Of a stretch of 20,000 nucleotides of DNA, positions 1 to 11,372 are shown piece by piece. The first letter of the stretch is position 1. Every line of letters starts with the position of its first letter. The notes beneath the pieces were generated by a model. It did no database searches, was not told the DNA's origin, and saw only the letters and a list, made by a program, of their open reading frames with translations. The stretch is from assembly GCA_051453625.1 (NCBI GenBank), contig JBOZIK010000001.1, positions 4,365,633 through 4,385,632 of the forward strand, written 5' to 3'. Position numbers and translations under genes: made by a program. The stretch comes from Welwitschia mirabilis. Taxonomy: Eukaryota.

Positions 1-1212
1 TAGAATTTGTAAAACATGCATGAAGTCCAAGAAAAAGGCTAATCTGCATAGTGTCACTATGAAGAGAAAAACTATATCACCTAAGTTAGTGTAGAAGGGT
101 TTAATTAGTCTAACGGATTCTTGCACAATGAATGGCTCAAAATATTTTATGATGATTATTGATGATTTTCTAGGTACACTTAGTCCTATTTTCTCCATTC
201 TAGAGATAAAAATACATAGTAAAAATTAATTAGGATAGATGATAAAAGCCATTTGAAGTAATAGAGGAGGTAAAATTTGAATAACAAGTTCCATAATTTT
301 CTAATGAGTATGGCATTATGAAGGAAACAACATGTGGTTACTTTTCATAAAGTAATGGAATAGATAAAAGGAAAAATGTTATAATATAAGAGATGACACA
401 CTTCTTATTGATACATTACTAGAATCATATTAAACTAAGACTATTACTATAGCCACATAACTTCTTAGTCGGGTAGTCACTAAATCAAATTTAGGTAAGA
501 CTCTATATGAGTTAATTTTCAAGAAAGTTTTAAATTTATCTCATGTAAAAATTTATATTGTATTTTTTGGGTACACATACCCAATCAATTAACATCTAAA
601 CTTGATGATAGAAGTAAGCAGTGCATTTTTGTTGGATATAAATTAAAATATTATGAGAATAGATGTTTTAAATCCATTAGTAAAAATTATTTCATTTCTA
701 AAGATGTCAAGTTTTATGAATTAAAATTTGATTTAGCACACTTCTCTTATGAATAAGATAATGTCAGTGATCCATCCATTACTTCTCAAGAATCTATGCC
801 AATAAGAATTATCAAGGAACATCCACATTCTTAAATATTGAATACAAATTTTCAAAGGATATTTATAAGAAGTATAAGCACATCTCATGTAGCATAGTTG
901 ATAAAGCTCTTTAATCTCCAATTTGAAGAGAAGTAATGCAAAATGAAAGGAACACGAGAACTTGTGGACAGGCCAAAGGAAAAGAATATCATCAACTTCA
1001 AATGTATTTTCAAAATAAAAATGGATGACAAATGCATTTTCACAAGTTACAAAACAAGGTTACTTACTAAGGCCTACAAGTAAAAGAAGCCCATTTATGA
1101 TGAAGAAATTTTTTGCACCAATTGTCAGGTTAAAAACTTTAGAACTTGTGATTTCTTTAGTAGTTCATGTAGGTTTTGTTTTCACTAAATGGATGTAAAT
1201 AGTTCATTTTTA
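1..1212 (+). mobile_element. Degenerate Ty1/Copia LTR retrotransposon pol fragment (integrase followed by N-terminal RT), truncated
   Basis: Manual translation across stops and frameshifts gives CKTCMKSK, GSKYFMMIIDDF, GIMKETTCGYFS*SNGIDKRKN (cf. TPQQNGVAERKN), SKLDDRSKQCIFVGY and FISKDVKFYE. It continues into RT with ELVDRPKEKNIINFKCIFKIK, YKTRLLTKAY, APIVRLKT and MDVNSSFL (cf. MDVKSAFL). Integrase before RT is the Copia domain order. Confidence 0.92.
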
Positions 1213-2152
1213 ACATAGGATTCCCACTTATTTTTCAAAATTCTAACAAATATGTATCTTAAAAATTGAAGATAAAAGGAAATTCAAGATTCCCATCCAA
1301 GTTATCTCTTATGAAAGGAAATATAGTATCAGTTTAGATTCATCGTATCATAATTTATCTTAATCATTCATTAAAATTAAATAATGAATAGTCTACATTC
1401 ACCTTTACATCTATAAATACAGATCCCAAACCTCGCATTTTCTTAAAAATTTATTTGTGTCTTGCCTTACTCTATTCTTGTGTTATAATTTTTACCTTTT
1501 TTATTTGTTAATTACACTATAAGTAGCATAAAATCTTTTAATATAAGATTCATTACAAGTAACTTCAAAAGTCAAAGCCTTTAACCACTATACTTCTTTT
1601 AATCTTTTCCTTAGTTTTTTAAAATGTGTTAAAGATAATATTAAACTAAAAATAAACTTCTTCCTTGATTATAATATGATTCTTTACCTTGATTCTAGCC
1701 AGCAAAGACATGAGTAAAATAAGCACAACAAAAGAGAAATTTTAGTAAGATTGCAAAGGATAATTATAGAGTGATTTTAATTATGCATGTGATGTTAAAA
1801 ATGAATTACTTATAATAACTAATAGATAATAAAAGTACATGAATACCCAAAATATTAGTGATAATAAAAGCATTAATGCTTAATTCTAGATATATTTTTT
1901 TCTCTAATGTAAGACTTATTTTATAAAACCACATTCAAAATTTTAACTTTTTTTAATTTTTATTATATGAAATTACTAAGTTATAATTAAAAAAAATTCT
2001 ATTAGCTATTAGAATTAACTAAAATTTCTTAATGTAATTATAATTTTCTAAAATCTAGGTGGTAAAATCTAAAATTTTAATTATTTTTAAATAAAATTAA
2101 TTATTAATAAAAATACATTATGAAAATTAATGAAAAATTATTAGTATGATCA
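1213..2152. repeat. Probable LTR-derived sequence; right edge looks like the start of a minus-strand LTR (TGATCA...)
   Basis: Copia RT homology stops abruptly at ~1212. A CTATAAATAC TATA-like box lies at 1411-1420 (+). The minus strand reads ...AAATTAGGGGGG|TGATCATACT at 2165-2143, resembling a PPT followed by an LTR start. No partner copy was found in the window. Confidence 0.4.
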
Positions 2153-2165
2153 CCCCCCTAATTTT
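2153..2165 (-). promoter_or_regulatory. Candidate polypurine tract (PPT) of a minus-strand Gypsy element
   Basis: The minus strand reads AAAATTAGGGGGG immediately before TGAT, like the G-run PPT/LTR junction of Athila-type elements. Confidence 0.5.
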
Positions 2166-3348
2166 AATTTTTAATGAGATTACTAAGAATTTTATTTAAG
2201 CCATTTGATAATTAGAAAATGCCATTTTTTACTATGCAACCTAATCATTTATCAGATCATATTGAAGGTATGATAACCTCTCTTTTCCCCTAATGAAGAC
2301 CCCTCATCAAAGGTTTATTAACAATGTGGAGGGGTTATATTTCCTTCTTATTTATTTTTCTCTTCCTCTTCCTTTTTCATTTTATCTCCCTTTATCTAAT
2401 GATCTTGTCAAAGGAATTAAACTTACTTCAATGTCACCATCAGAGATTAGGATGTGAATTGGGGGAGGAATAAGAAGTGGAAAGTACAATCATTGTAACT
2501 ATATATTTCACTAATTATAAGCTTTATAGTGGTAATGATAACTCTTTTAGAAATCATCGAAGCCTCCCTATTCATTGAAGATGGACTCAAGCTAGTTCAC
2601 ATGAACTTTTAGGAATTCATGTATAAAGATTAGGCTCAATAATATGAACTTAGTTTTACATTGTGTCATTTCTTATTTTACACATTAGATGATAAGTCTA
2701 ATGTAAATGCTAAATAATATTATATTTTCTAGTTAATGCATTAGATAAGAAGTCTAATGTGGATGCTAGATAAGGTAGATATGTAAGGCTTGTCAAACTC
2801 ACATAGATATCATTATTAATATTTAATTTTTACTTGTTAAATAATGTTTTTACATTATAATTCTTTTATTTTTTAATATTTTAAAAAATATAGATCCAAA
2901 ATATAAATTCACTAGTTTAACAAGTATATTTCTCTTTAGTAAAAATCATTAATTAGTTGATAATCAAATATTTTAGTGTTACTTAACATTTTTTTATAAT
3001 ACTATATATAAACATTTATTTTAGTTTGTATAAATGTAATCTTAGTTTTAAAGTGTAGCTACTTCATTAAATTTTCTTATCACATTATCTTACATCTTTT
3101 TAAATTCAAATGGTTATCTTTATAGAAAGAGTTCAATTCAAATAAATATTTCTTACCTTGAAACTCCTTTAATCTAGACATGAGTTATAGCTAACATTTC
3201 AGAATCATAGTGAATTCTTATATTTCTAATTTCTCTATCCTTTCTTCTACTATATTTAATCTATATAAGCCATAAATCATTTTACTTAAATTACATCCTC
3301 TCTTAATGCTTTTTAATTTATTTTTAGCTTTTCTTAAGTTCTACAATC

Positions 3349-3549
3349 ATGGCTTCTAATGTGTCTAATCCTCTGAATGGGTCTTAAAGGAAGAATATGC
3401 CTCTTGAATGAGTTGTTATCTATATCTTTTATGATGAATTATTTTTATAGTTCATTAAACTAGATGGAATAGTATCTAAGCTTATTGTAGTATCTTCTGG
3501 TTTTAAACTTGAAGAGGATTGGATAATGCAAGAGTCTATTGAAGTGGTG
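3349..3549 (+). pseudogene. 5' part of a degraded unidentified ORF interrupted by element A (continues at 9832)
   Basis: From the ATG at 3349 the frame reads MASNVSNPLNGS*RKNMPLE*VVIYIFYDELFL*FIKLDGIVSKLIVVSSGFKLEEDWIMQESIEVV. It continues in frame at 9832 once element A and one TSD copy are removed. Confidence 0.45.
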
Positions 3550-5037
3550 TGTTGCAAGGCCAAATTGGATAATTTAACATATTTTTTAAAGTGTGCTTTA
3601 GGACTTATTTCACATGTTTTATGATTAATTTTACCATTTTTCCATGTTAAGAATAAAAGACATAAAATTAGTCATAATTTGCATAAAATCAGATGTTCAT
3701 TCAAATGAAGTTACTGTAGCAAATCATTGTAGTAGTCAAAGTTACTATAGCATAGGCATGTTGCAGGCTATTATAGCATTGTCCATCCTATTATCTAGAT
3801 GACACTATAATATGATAGCACTATAACAAAGTTACTGTAGTAGTTACTATGGCATTTACTATAGCAAAATGTAACTATAGCTAATTATTGTAACATCATC
3901 TACCTCATCCTCTAGATAATGCTGAAAGGATAACAATCATTACAAAAAAAGTCAAATGACATAAAAAAGATATAACATTTGATAATTGGATCTATCATCC
4001 ACCTATGCATCTAGAAAACACCCTGGATGATATTCCTCTTTAATAAAATTTGATAAGGATGACATGATATGACATGGAAGATAATTACTAGTAGTTAAAG
4101 GTGTTACCATCTTATCATCTAGACAACATTAGAGAAGTACTAGCAAGAAAAGAAGAAAAAGAAATATTTCACTATCATCCATTCCATCATTCAAACAACA
4201 TTTAGAATGACATTAAGAATATTAAAATTGATAGGTGTCTAGCATTAAGGAATAGTTTTAATCATTATTCCCCTCATCATTTGGACAACACCAAATGGAT
4301 GATAATTAATTATTTATTAAAATATTAAGTTGGTTTTAGATGTGCCCTTCCACATCACATCCCTTAAAGACCTTAATCGCTAACCTAAAACTATAAATAC
4401 CCTCTTAGACATCTTATTTTTAATCTTTAATGCACTTTTGATCTTGTGACAATTGGAGATTGATTGATAAAAAATCCATTCTAATTTTGAAAAGGGTTTC
4501 ACTTGGTGTTAGACTAAGATTTCTCCATTGAGGTGTTATTACTTATAAAAAGATGTTAGCATTCTTTATTTTTCAAATGATTAATAAATAATTTTTTTCA
4601 GTTCTTTGTTTCACTATTTTTTATTTTTTATGATATATTTTCTTCAAGACTTAAGTGACATTAATAGGAATTTATTATGATTTATAAGGGTCAATATAGA
4701 TGATAATGGCTTGGTATTTTGGTTAATCAAATTACATTAGGATTACATTCATTTAGCATAGTCATTTTGCATTGCAATAGATCATATCACTTACCTCATT
4801 GCATTCTTAATTCATTTCATTTTGATAATTCAAAAACATAATTATTTCTATTCTTATCTCTTTAATTCTTTCTCTCTTATGAGAATAAGATCTCTAACTC
4901 ACCTTTCTTAAAGTTTACAAATCCAAATCAAATCTCACCACTATACTAGAAGTGTTGTGTTGCTTAAATTATGCTTTAAGATCTTTTAAGAGTAACTTGT
5001 AGGTAATTTATCAAAATCACACTTTGAAATCACATCA
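3550..5037 (+). repeat. Element A 5' LTR
   Basis: Runs TGTTGCAAGGCCAAATT...GAAATCACATCA and is colinear with 8403-9826 (16 mismatches in the last 117 bp by manual count). TATA-like CTATAAATAC at 4391-4400. Confidence 0.93.
3711..3893 (+). repeat. Degenerate TTACTGTAGC/TTACTATAGC decamer array in the 5' LTR
   Basis: Multiple copies, e.g. ttactgtagc (3711), ttactatagc, ttactgtagt, ttactatggc, taactatagc. A homologous array lies at 8549-8731. Confidence 0.8.
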
Positions 5038-5040
5038 TTT

Positions 5041-5058
5041 TTGCATTAATGTCAATGA
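5041..5058 (+). promoter_or_regulatory. Highly degenerate primer-binding site (tRNA-Asp type) of element A
   Basis: TTGCATTAATGTCAATGA lies just after the LTR end. It matches TGGCGCCGTTGCCGGGGA at 8/18 positions, and most differences are C>T or G>A. The call rests mainly on position. Confidence 0.4.
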
Positions 5059-5899
5059 GGGGAGTAAGTCTTCAAAGAGGATCCTGTTCTATATACTTAC
5101 AAAACATAATGTAAGTATCCAAGAAATAATTCATTAAAGGAAGTGAGATTTGGTTGGGATCACATTCTACATCAAAAAGTAAGGTGAAATTATCATTTGA
5201 ATATATTAATTTCTTTTAATATTGCATAATACTCCCAAGTTTGAGTCTACAAGATTTACTTGATTACTCTTCTTGGATTATACATAGTTTATAATTTTTT
5301 TAAATATTCTTTTTAAGTAAATAATATTTTGAATTGGTCTATTCCTTGTACATTAGAGTGATCTTGAAGACTACCATTTTAGTCCTACTCCTTTCACTTA
5401 GTGTGATCTTAGAGATTATCATCCAAATCATTTAATCATCTTATTTATTTTTTGTATTACTAATACTTATTTAGTAAAAGTGATCTACACCTTGCACTTC
5501 ATGTAATTTGGATCATTATATTACTTGCAACTCCAGGTACATTTATTCTTGTTTTATTTTCTAGATGGTGATAAAAGAAATTTAAATGAGATATTTTATA
5601 AAAGAAAAAAAGAAAACCCTCTCCTTGAACTCATTATTAAAAGAAATAAATAACTTGCATTATAAAAATAACATAATTCCTATATTTCACATACTTCTTT
5701 TCAACTAGCACATGGGTATGCTAATGAGTCTTATTCTTCTAGTAATTGTTTTCATTGAGAGAATTTGTCAACAATATGATTAGCCAAACTAAACCTTTTT
5801 CTATGGAAGAATATGAAGAATAGATAGATGGTAAATAATATTCTCTATCACAATCCCTTCATTAGTGTATAAAACAAAGTTAAGAAGGAGCATAACAAA

Positions 5900-6890
5900 G
5901 TGACATACTTAGTAAAACTTTAGCAAAATTAGTAGAAGTCATTACTCAAGTCTATAATCATTAACATTTTAAATTCTACTTAATCACATCATCTACCTCT
6001 TACCTTAAGAATGATGAAGAGGACATTGAGATTACTATACAAAGTGATACCAACTCTTATCTTGAAAATGATGATGATATGATAGGAATTTTAGAGGAAT
6101 TCTTCAACATTTTGGATGATATCCCAAGTGAGAAAAACAAATTTTTAACTCAAAAAATGAAGAAAAATGAAGATGAGGATGATAATGGAATAGAAATTTT
6201 GAACTACTTGTCAAACCTCCACTCAATTTTAGAAAATGATGAAGAAAATTATGAAAATATTCTAACACATAAAGAAGATGATGACACTGCTTTTTGTATT
6301 CTTTTTAATGGTGAATTCAGTCATTTAATTCATGATGAAGATAATATTCAATAAAGCAAAAACAATGAAAATAATAAAGAAAAGAATAAAGAAGTATCCA
6401 TGGAGAATCAACAAATTTTAATGGAGAATAAACTTAGCATAACTAATGGACCAATCCAAATTGAAGAGTCTACTCCTACTAAATATGATCTTTTAGTTAT
6501 TTCTCTTACACCTTCATGTAAAACTTAAAATACCATGCTCTCTTCTACTCCTAAGTTAACATTCCCTTGTGATGATTTTATCTTATAAGAACATGACTTG
6601 GGGATACTTGGAATTTTAGTTTGAAAAAAGCCTTATCTTCTTGAGTCTACTTCATGCATTGAGAAGTCTTAAAGAACTTTTTAGTCATGTTAAACATGCA
6701 TTAATCAATTCTTCTAAGAAGTTCTATGATATTTCTAAGATCCATTTATTCTTCTTGGGTAATACCAATGATGTTTTGAATTAAAATTATGCTTACGCCT
6801 TTTTGCATCAATTTGATAAGAGAGTATTTTTCAATGAATTGTATCAAGTTTCATCTTTTATCTATCTTTTAAAATTTGTAATATCATGAT
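5900..6890 (+). pseudogene. Degraded acidic ORF internal to element A (includes track ORF 6079-6354)
   Basis: The frame is open from 5965 to 6354 and resumes after isolated TAA stops to ~6670. After a frameshift it reads LKELFSHVKHALINSSKKFYDISKIHLFFLG...AFLHQFDKRVFF. It is D/E/N-rich with a repeated SxL(E/K)NDEE-like motif. Confidence 0.6.
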
Positions 6891-6930
6891 AATATCATGT
6901 TTGATTTTGTATTACCAATTGACACTTATT

Positions 6931-7011
6931 AAGAATGATATTGTACTCTTCACATTTAGCCAATTGGTTTCAAAATGGTTTGGTCCTTATTTCATTGAAA
7001 AGATAGAATTT
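6931..7011 (+). pseudogene. Integrase C-terminal GPY/F motif remnant
   Basis: Translates to KNDIVLFTFSQLVSKWFGPYFIEKIEF, matching the Gypsy integrase C-terminal pattern GDxVLL...KLxSxWxGP(Y/F). Confidence 0.75.
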
Positions 7012-8387
7012 TGATGACTATGTTGAAATAACCTAACTTTTGAAATAAGGACGAACATAAAGTAAGGAAATAATGTATTGTTGAAGTAACTAATTTTGTG
7101 AAATTATGTCCATCACTTATCTTTTAAGAATTATGTTCAAATGATTCCTCTTATTTCATATGTAGTAACTTGATTTTATTTTAGTTCTTTATCATTTAGT
7201 ATGAATAAGCATTTCATGCTTTTATAATGAATGATCAATTGGATTTCAACCAATTGTGAGGTATTCAAATGCCTATGAACTATTATTCCAAGAGAGGAAA
7301 ATTTTCTTAATTAAATTAATCATGTTATATGCATATGTCTTCATCAATTTCATTATCATGCTATAAATTATTAATGCCTTGATGGATTACAAGTTGCTTT
7401 TCATAAAAGAAAATAAAAAGGAAATAAAAAAGAAAAGAAAATAATATTCAAAATATGATAAAAAAATAACTATGAAATATGGAAGCACTTTTGATAATCA
7501 TACCTAATCTATCTCAGGGATTACCACATCAAGGAAAAAGTTGCCTAACGATCCGTGTCTTGTATTATAGATTTTATCACTTGTGGTAAAAGCAAGATTA
7601 TTGGTTTTAAAAGAAGCACTCTATAATGGGAGGAATCCTTAGTAGAAGAAGGTATACCTCGAAGTGTACTGTGATTATCATAATTTCTATAGTATTATTA
7701 TTTTGTAGCTATTTTTCTCTATTGATGATTGGTGATCATGGCTATGATATGTCAATTTCAATTAGTATGTTATCATGTTCATCCTATTCAAGTAGAGATA
7801 TGATGTTTCACTGGTTTTGAATCATGTATTTTATTTGAAAATGAGATACCATTGGTAACTGATCAACTTAAAGTAAGAGATATTATATTGCAAAGTATTA
7901 GTTTTTATTCCTTAAGTTAGAAAATTTTAAAGCTCTTTATGTATATTTTTTTATTACTTAAGAGGATAATAACATTATGATGATTTTCATTCCTATAATT
8001 CTTGATTAAAGAACCTTGACCTCATTGTATTATCATTGATTTCTTTACCTTACTCCTAAACCTTATTATCTAATTTCCCTCTGCACATTTCATCCTATGT
8101 CTTACATTTAGTAGGAACCTATCTTTTCATGTAAAAGTTCTCTAAATTTGGAATTAATTTATCTTTCTTAAGGGCGGATTAAATCCCTAAGGATTAGAGT
8201 CATTCATGAATAAATTTATGAAAAAAATATGTGTTTATACAAACTCAAAAAAATTTCTAAATTCAATGAATATTCAAATGGCTTATGAGATGGACTTAAT
8301 ATTTATGTGACATCATTTTAGAAAATTTCCTTCCCAATTAGCCCAACTTTGTTATTATTCGCTTGCTTTATCAGGAACTAAGAAATG

Positions 8388-8402
8388 CTAAGTAGATGGC
8401 TA
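8388..8402 (+). promoter_or_regulatory. Degenerate PPT region of element A
   Basis: TTGCTTTATCAGGAACTAAGAAATGCTAAGTAGATGGCTA lies directly before the 3' LTR and resembles a decayed Athila-type 3' end (...GCTAAGTGTGGGGG). Confidence 0.5.
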
Positions 8403-9826
8403 TGTTGTGAGGACAAATTTACTAATTTGACATATTGTTTAAAGTGTGTTTCAGGTCTAATTTCATAAGTTTTATGATCAATTTGACCACTCTTAGATGT
8501 CAAGGATGAAAAGCATTAAATTGGGTATAATTTAGATAAAATCAGATTTTACTATAGCAAATAACTGTAGAAAAGTTACTGTAACTATTAAATTTATTGT
8601 AGTAGAGGTTGTAGTGGGTTATTGTAGCATCATCCATCATTTTTTCTAAACAACATTGTAGGATGATAGCATTATGATAGAGTTGTTGTATTACTTATTG
8701 TAGCAAAAGTAACTATAGCAAGTTACTGTAGTGTCATACACCTTGTCATTTGGATGATGCCAGAAGAACAACAGTTATTACAAAAAGATTAAACAACATC
8801 AAAAATTCATAAGTTTTAATAATTAAACCTGTGATCCACCTATGGTCATTTGGACAACACCTTAGATGACATTTCTCTTCAATAAAATTTAACAAGGATG
8901 ATAATGGAAAATAATTGTGCTAGTTAAAGGTCTTATCCATCCCATCATTTAGATGACATTAGAGGATGACTAATGGGAAAAGAAGAAATAGAAAGATGAC
9001 ACTACCATCCACTCCATCATCTAGGTGACATCTAAGATGACGCTAAGAATATTCACAATTAATACATGTTGAGCATTAGTTATTTGTTTAAAAAAATTAA
9101 TCTTTATGTAATAAAAGTTGGATTTGGATGTGAATTCCACATCATACCGCTTAATAACCTAAACTACTAATATAAAACTATAAATACCTCTTACACATAT
9201 TATTTTTGATCTTTGATGCACTTCTGATCTTGTGATAATAGGAGATTAATTGGTAAAAGATCCATCCTAATTTTGAAAAGGGATTCACTTGGTGTTGGCC
9301 TGAGATTCCTCCATTAAGATTCTTTTACTCATGAAAGGATGTAAGAATACTTTGTTTTTCAAGTGATTAAATAAACATGCTTAATTTCATTCTCTCTTTT
9401 TATTTTTCTTATTTTTCATGATATATTTTCTTCAAGATTCAATTAACATTAATAGGGATATGTTATGATTTTGTAATGACAATCTAGCTGATAATAGATT
9501 GGTAGTTTGTTTCATCAAATTGCATTAGGATGACATTAATTTAGCATAGTCATTTTGCATTACAATGGATCATATCATTTACGTCATTGCATTGTTAATT
9601 CATTTCATTTTGATAATTCAAAAACATAACTATTTCTATTATTCACTCTCTAATTCTATTTGTCTCATTATAATAAGATATTCCAACTTACTTTTCTTAA
9701 ATTTTATGAATCCAAGTCAAATCTCATCACTATACTAGAAGTGTTGTGTTGCTTAAATTATTATTTCAACACTTTTAAGACTAACTTGTAGGTCATTTAT
9801 GAACATAACATTGTGAAACCACATCA
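8403..9826 (+). repeat. Element A 3' LTR
   Basis: Runs TGTTGTGAGGACAAATTT...GAAACCACATCA and is colinear with the 5' LTR. TATA-like CTATAAATAC at 9178-9187. Confidence 0.93.
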
Positions 9827-9831
9827 TAATA

Positions 9832-10017
9832 TTGTCAAATCTAGATCATTATTGGAGTAAGAAGGACTCCATGAGTAATCTGAAAGCCTTTAACAAAGAA
9901 AATAAATTGATCAAGAAATAATTTTATTTAAATTAAAGCATAAAGATTTTAGGGGAAAAATTATAAATGAAGATTATTATACCAATGAGTCATTTTCTAA
10001 AATACCTAAGTATGTAA
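9832..10017 (+). pseudogene. 3' continuation of the ORF interrupted by element A
   Basis: Reads LSNLDHYWSKKDSMSNLKAFNKENKLIKK* in frame with 3349-3549. Further TAA stops follow, so the end is uncertain. Confidence 0.4.
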
Positions 10018-10966
10018 AGAATATTACGTAAATTTTCAAGATTCTTAGGTGTAGACATGATCTAAGGTTAGTAGCTATGTAGTTAGATCTTAGGAAAATC
10101 AAATAGCACTTAGGTAGGAATCCTAAGAACTATTTTTCCACTATAGGCAACATTAGAATGAAGTAGAACAGCCAATAAAATTTATTATGCCTCTTAAGTT
10201 TAATCATGAGAGAGCTAATTCTCATATTTAAAAGTTAGCTTTAATTAATTTCCTTCTTAGTTTTATTCATTTGGCTTTTTTCTAAGTTCATTTAATCTTG
10301 TTTTTTTTTTTCATTTTCCTCTCCTTTGTTTCTCTCTTTTCTTTATTGTTTGTTATTAAGATGTAGTCTAGTTTAATCTCTTTTTAATAATTTTATTTCC
10401 TAGTAAAGTGTTTATGCTGTTTTCAATAGTGGTGTTATATCTTGATCTCTTATTTCATTGTTTATACTTTATAAATATTAATTAAAATTAAGATCATGTA
10501 ATGATTAGAGGCTTTAATATATGGTTTGAAATTCTATTTATCTACATGAATAAAAAGTGTGAAAAAACATTTATCTAGATAGGATTCACTCAATTTATCA
10601 TTGCTCTACTACTAAAGGATTAGCTCTAAAGGAATCTTTACTATAGATGGAGTTGGACCTATGGCTTGAAAAAATCATTAAGGGTCTATTTGATAATGTA
10701 GATTACTAATCATAATTCCAACAAACAAGGTTTTCCATATGGTAGGAAAATTTTCTTATGATGAAGTTAACTAAAGTATAGCTGCACTATTAAAGGCCTT
10801 AAATGTTTTAGATAAAATATAGAGAATTATTGTATCTTTTAGGAAAATCACACTATAAGCTTTTTTCACCCTAACTAATATAGAATACTTTATGAGATAC
10901 CTTATTATTTCTCTTTCACACTTACAGTCCCTTTTTTAATGAATATTTCACTTATTCCAATATTCA

Positions 10967-11372
10967 NNNNNNNNNNNNNNNNNNNNNNNNNNNNNNNNNN
11001 NNNNNNNNNNNNNNNNNNNNNNNNNNNNNNNNNNNNNNNNNNNNNNNNNNNNNNNNNNNNNNNNNNNNNNNNNNNNNNNNNNNNNNNNNNNNNNNNNNNN
11101 NNNNNNNNNNNNNNNNNNNNNNNNNNNNNNNNNNNNNNNNNNNNNNNNNNNNNNNNNNNNNNNNNNNNNNNNNNNNNNNNNNNNNNNNNNNNNNNNNNNN
11201 NNNNNNNNNNNNNNNNNNNNNNNNNNNNNNNNNNNNNNNNNNNNNNNNNNNNNNNNNNNNNNNNNNNNNNNNNNNNNNNNNNNNNNNNNNNNNNNNNNNN
11301 NNNNNNNNNNNNNNNNNNNNNNNNNNNNNNNNNNNNNNNNNNNNNNNNNNNNNNNNNNNNNNNNNNNNNNNN
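10967..11372. other. Assembly gap / masked run (406 N)
   Basis: Run of N. Confidence 1.

Larger units (their letters stand above)
3550..9826 (+). mobile_element. Element A: full-length non-autonomous Athila-like Ty3/Gypsy LTR element (LARD-like), ~6.3 kb
   Basis: Two direct repeats (3550-5037 and 8403-9826) both start TGTTG and end CACATCA. The flanks TGGTG (3545-3549) and TAATA (9827-9831) differ only by G>A changes. There is a degenerate PBS after LTR1, a degenerate PPT before LTR2 and a GPY/F remnant inside. Confidence 0.92.

Noticed and set aside
733..921. 62 aa minus-strand ORF
   Set aside because: It is antisense to the Copia integrase-RT linker (plus strand reads IVDKAL*SPI*REVMQNE) and has no recognisable motif.
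3780..4300. Spaced palindromic repeats as a CRISPR-like array
   Set aside because: The repeats are short, degenerate and irregularly spaced, are duplicated as part of LTRs, and have no cas genes nearby; the context is eukaryotic.
7626..7820. 64 aa hydrophobic ORF as a possible env-like transmembrane protein
   Set aside because: Short. Hydrophobicity is expected from T-rich 3' UTR sequence and there is no extended frame on either side, so I cannot support an env call.
10620..10850. Possible degraded ORF (VFHMVGKFSYDEVN*SIAALLKALNVLDKI*)
   Set aside because: Several stops, no recognisable homology, too short to distinguish from chance.
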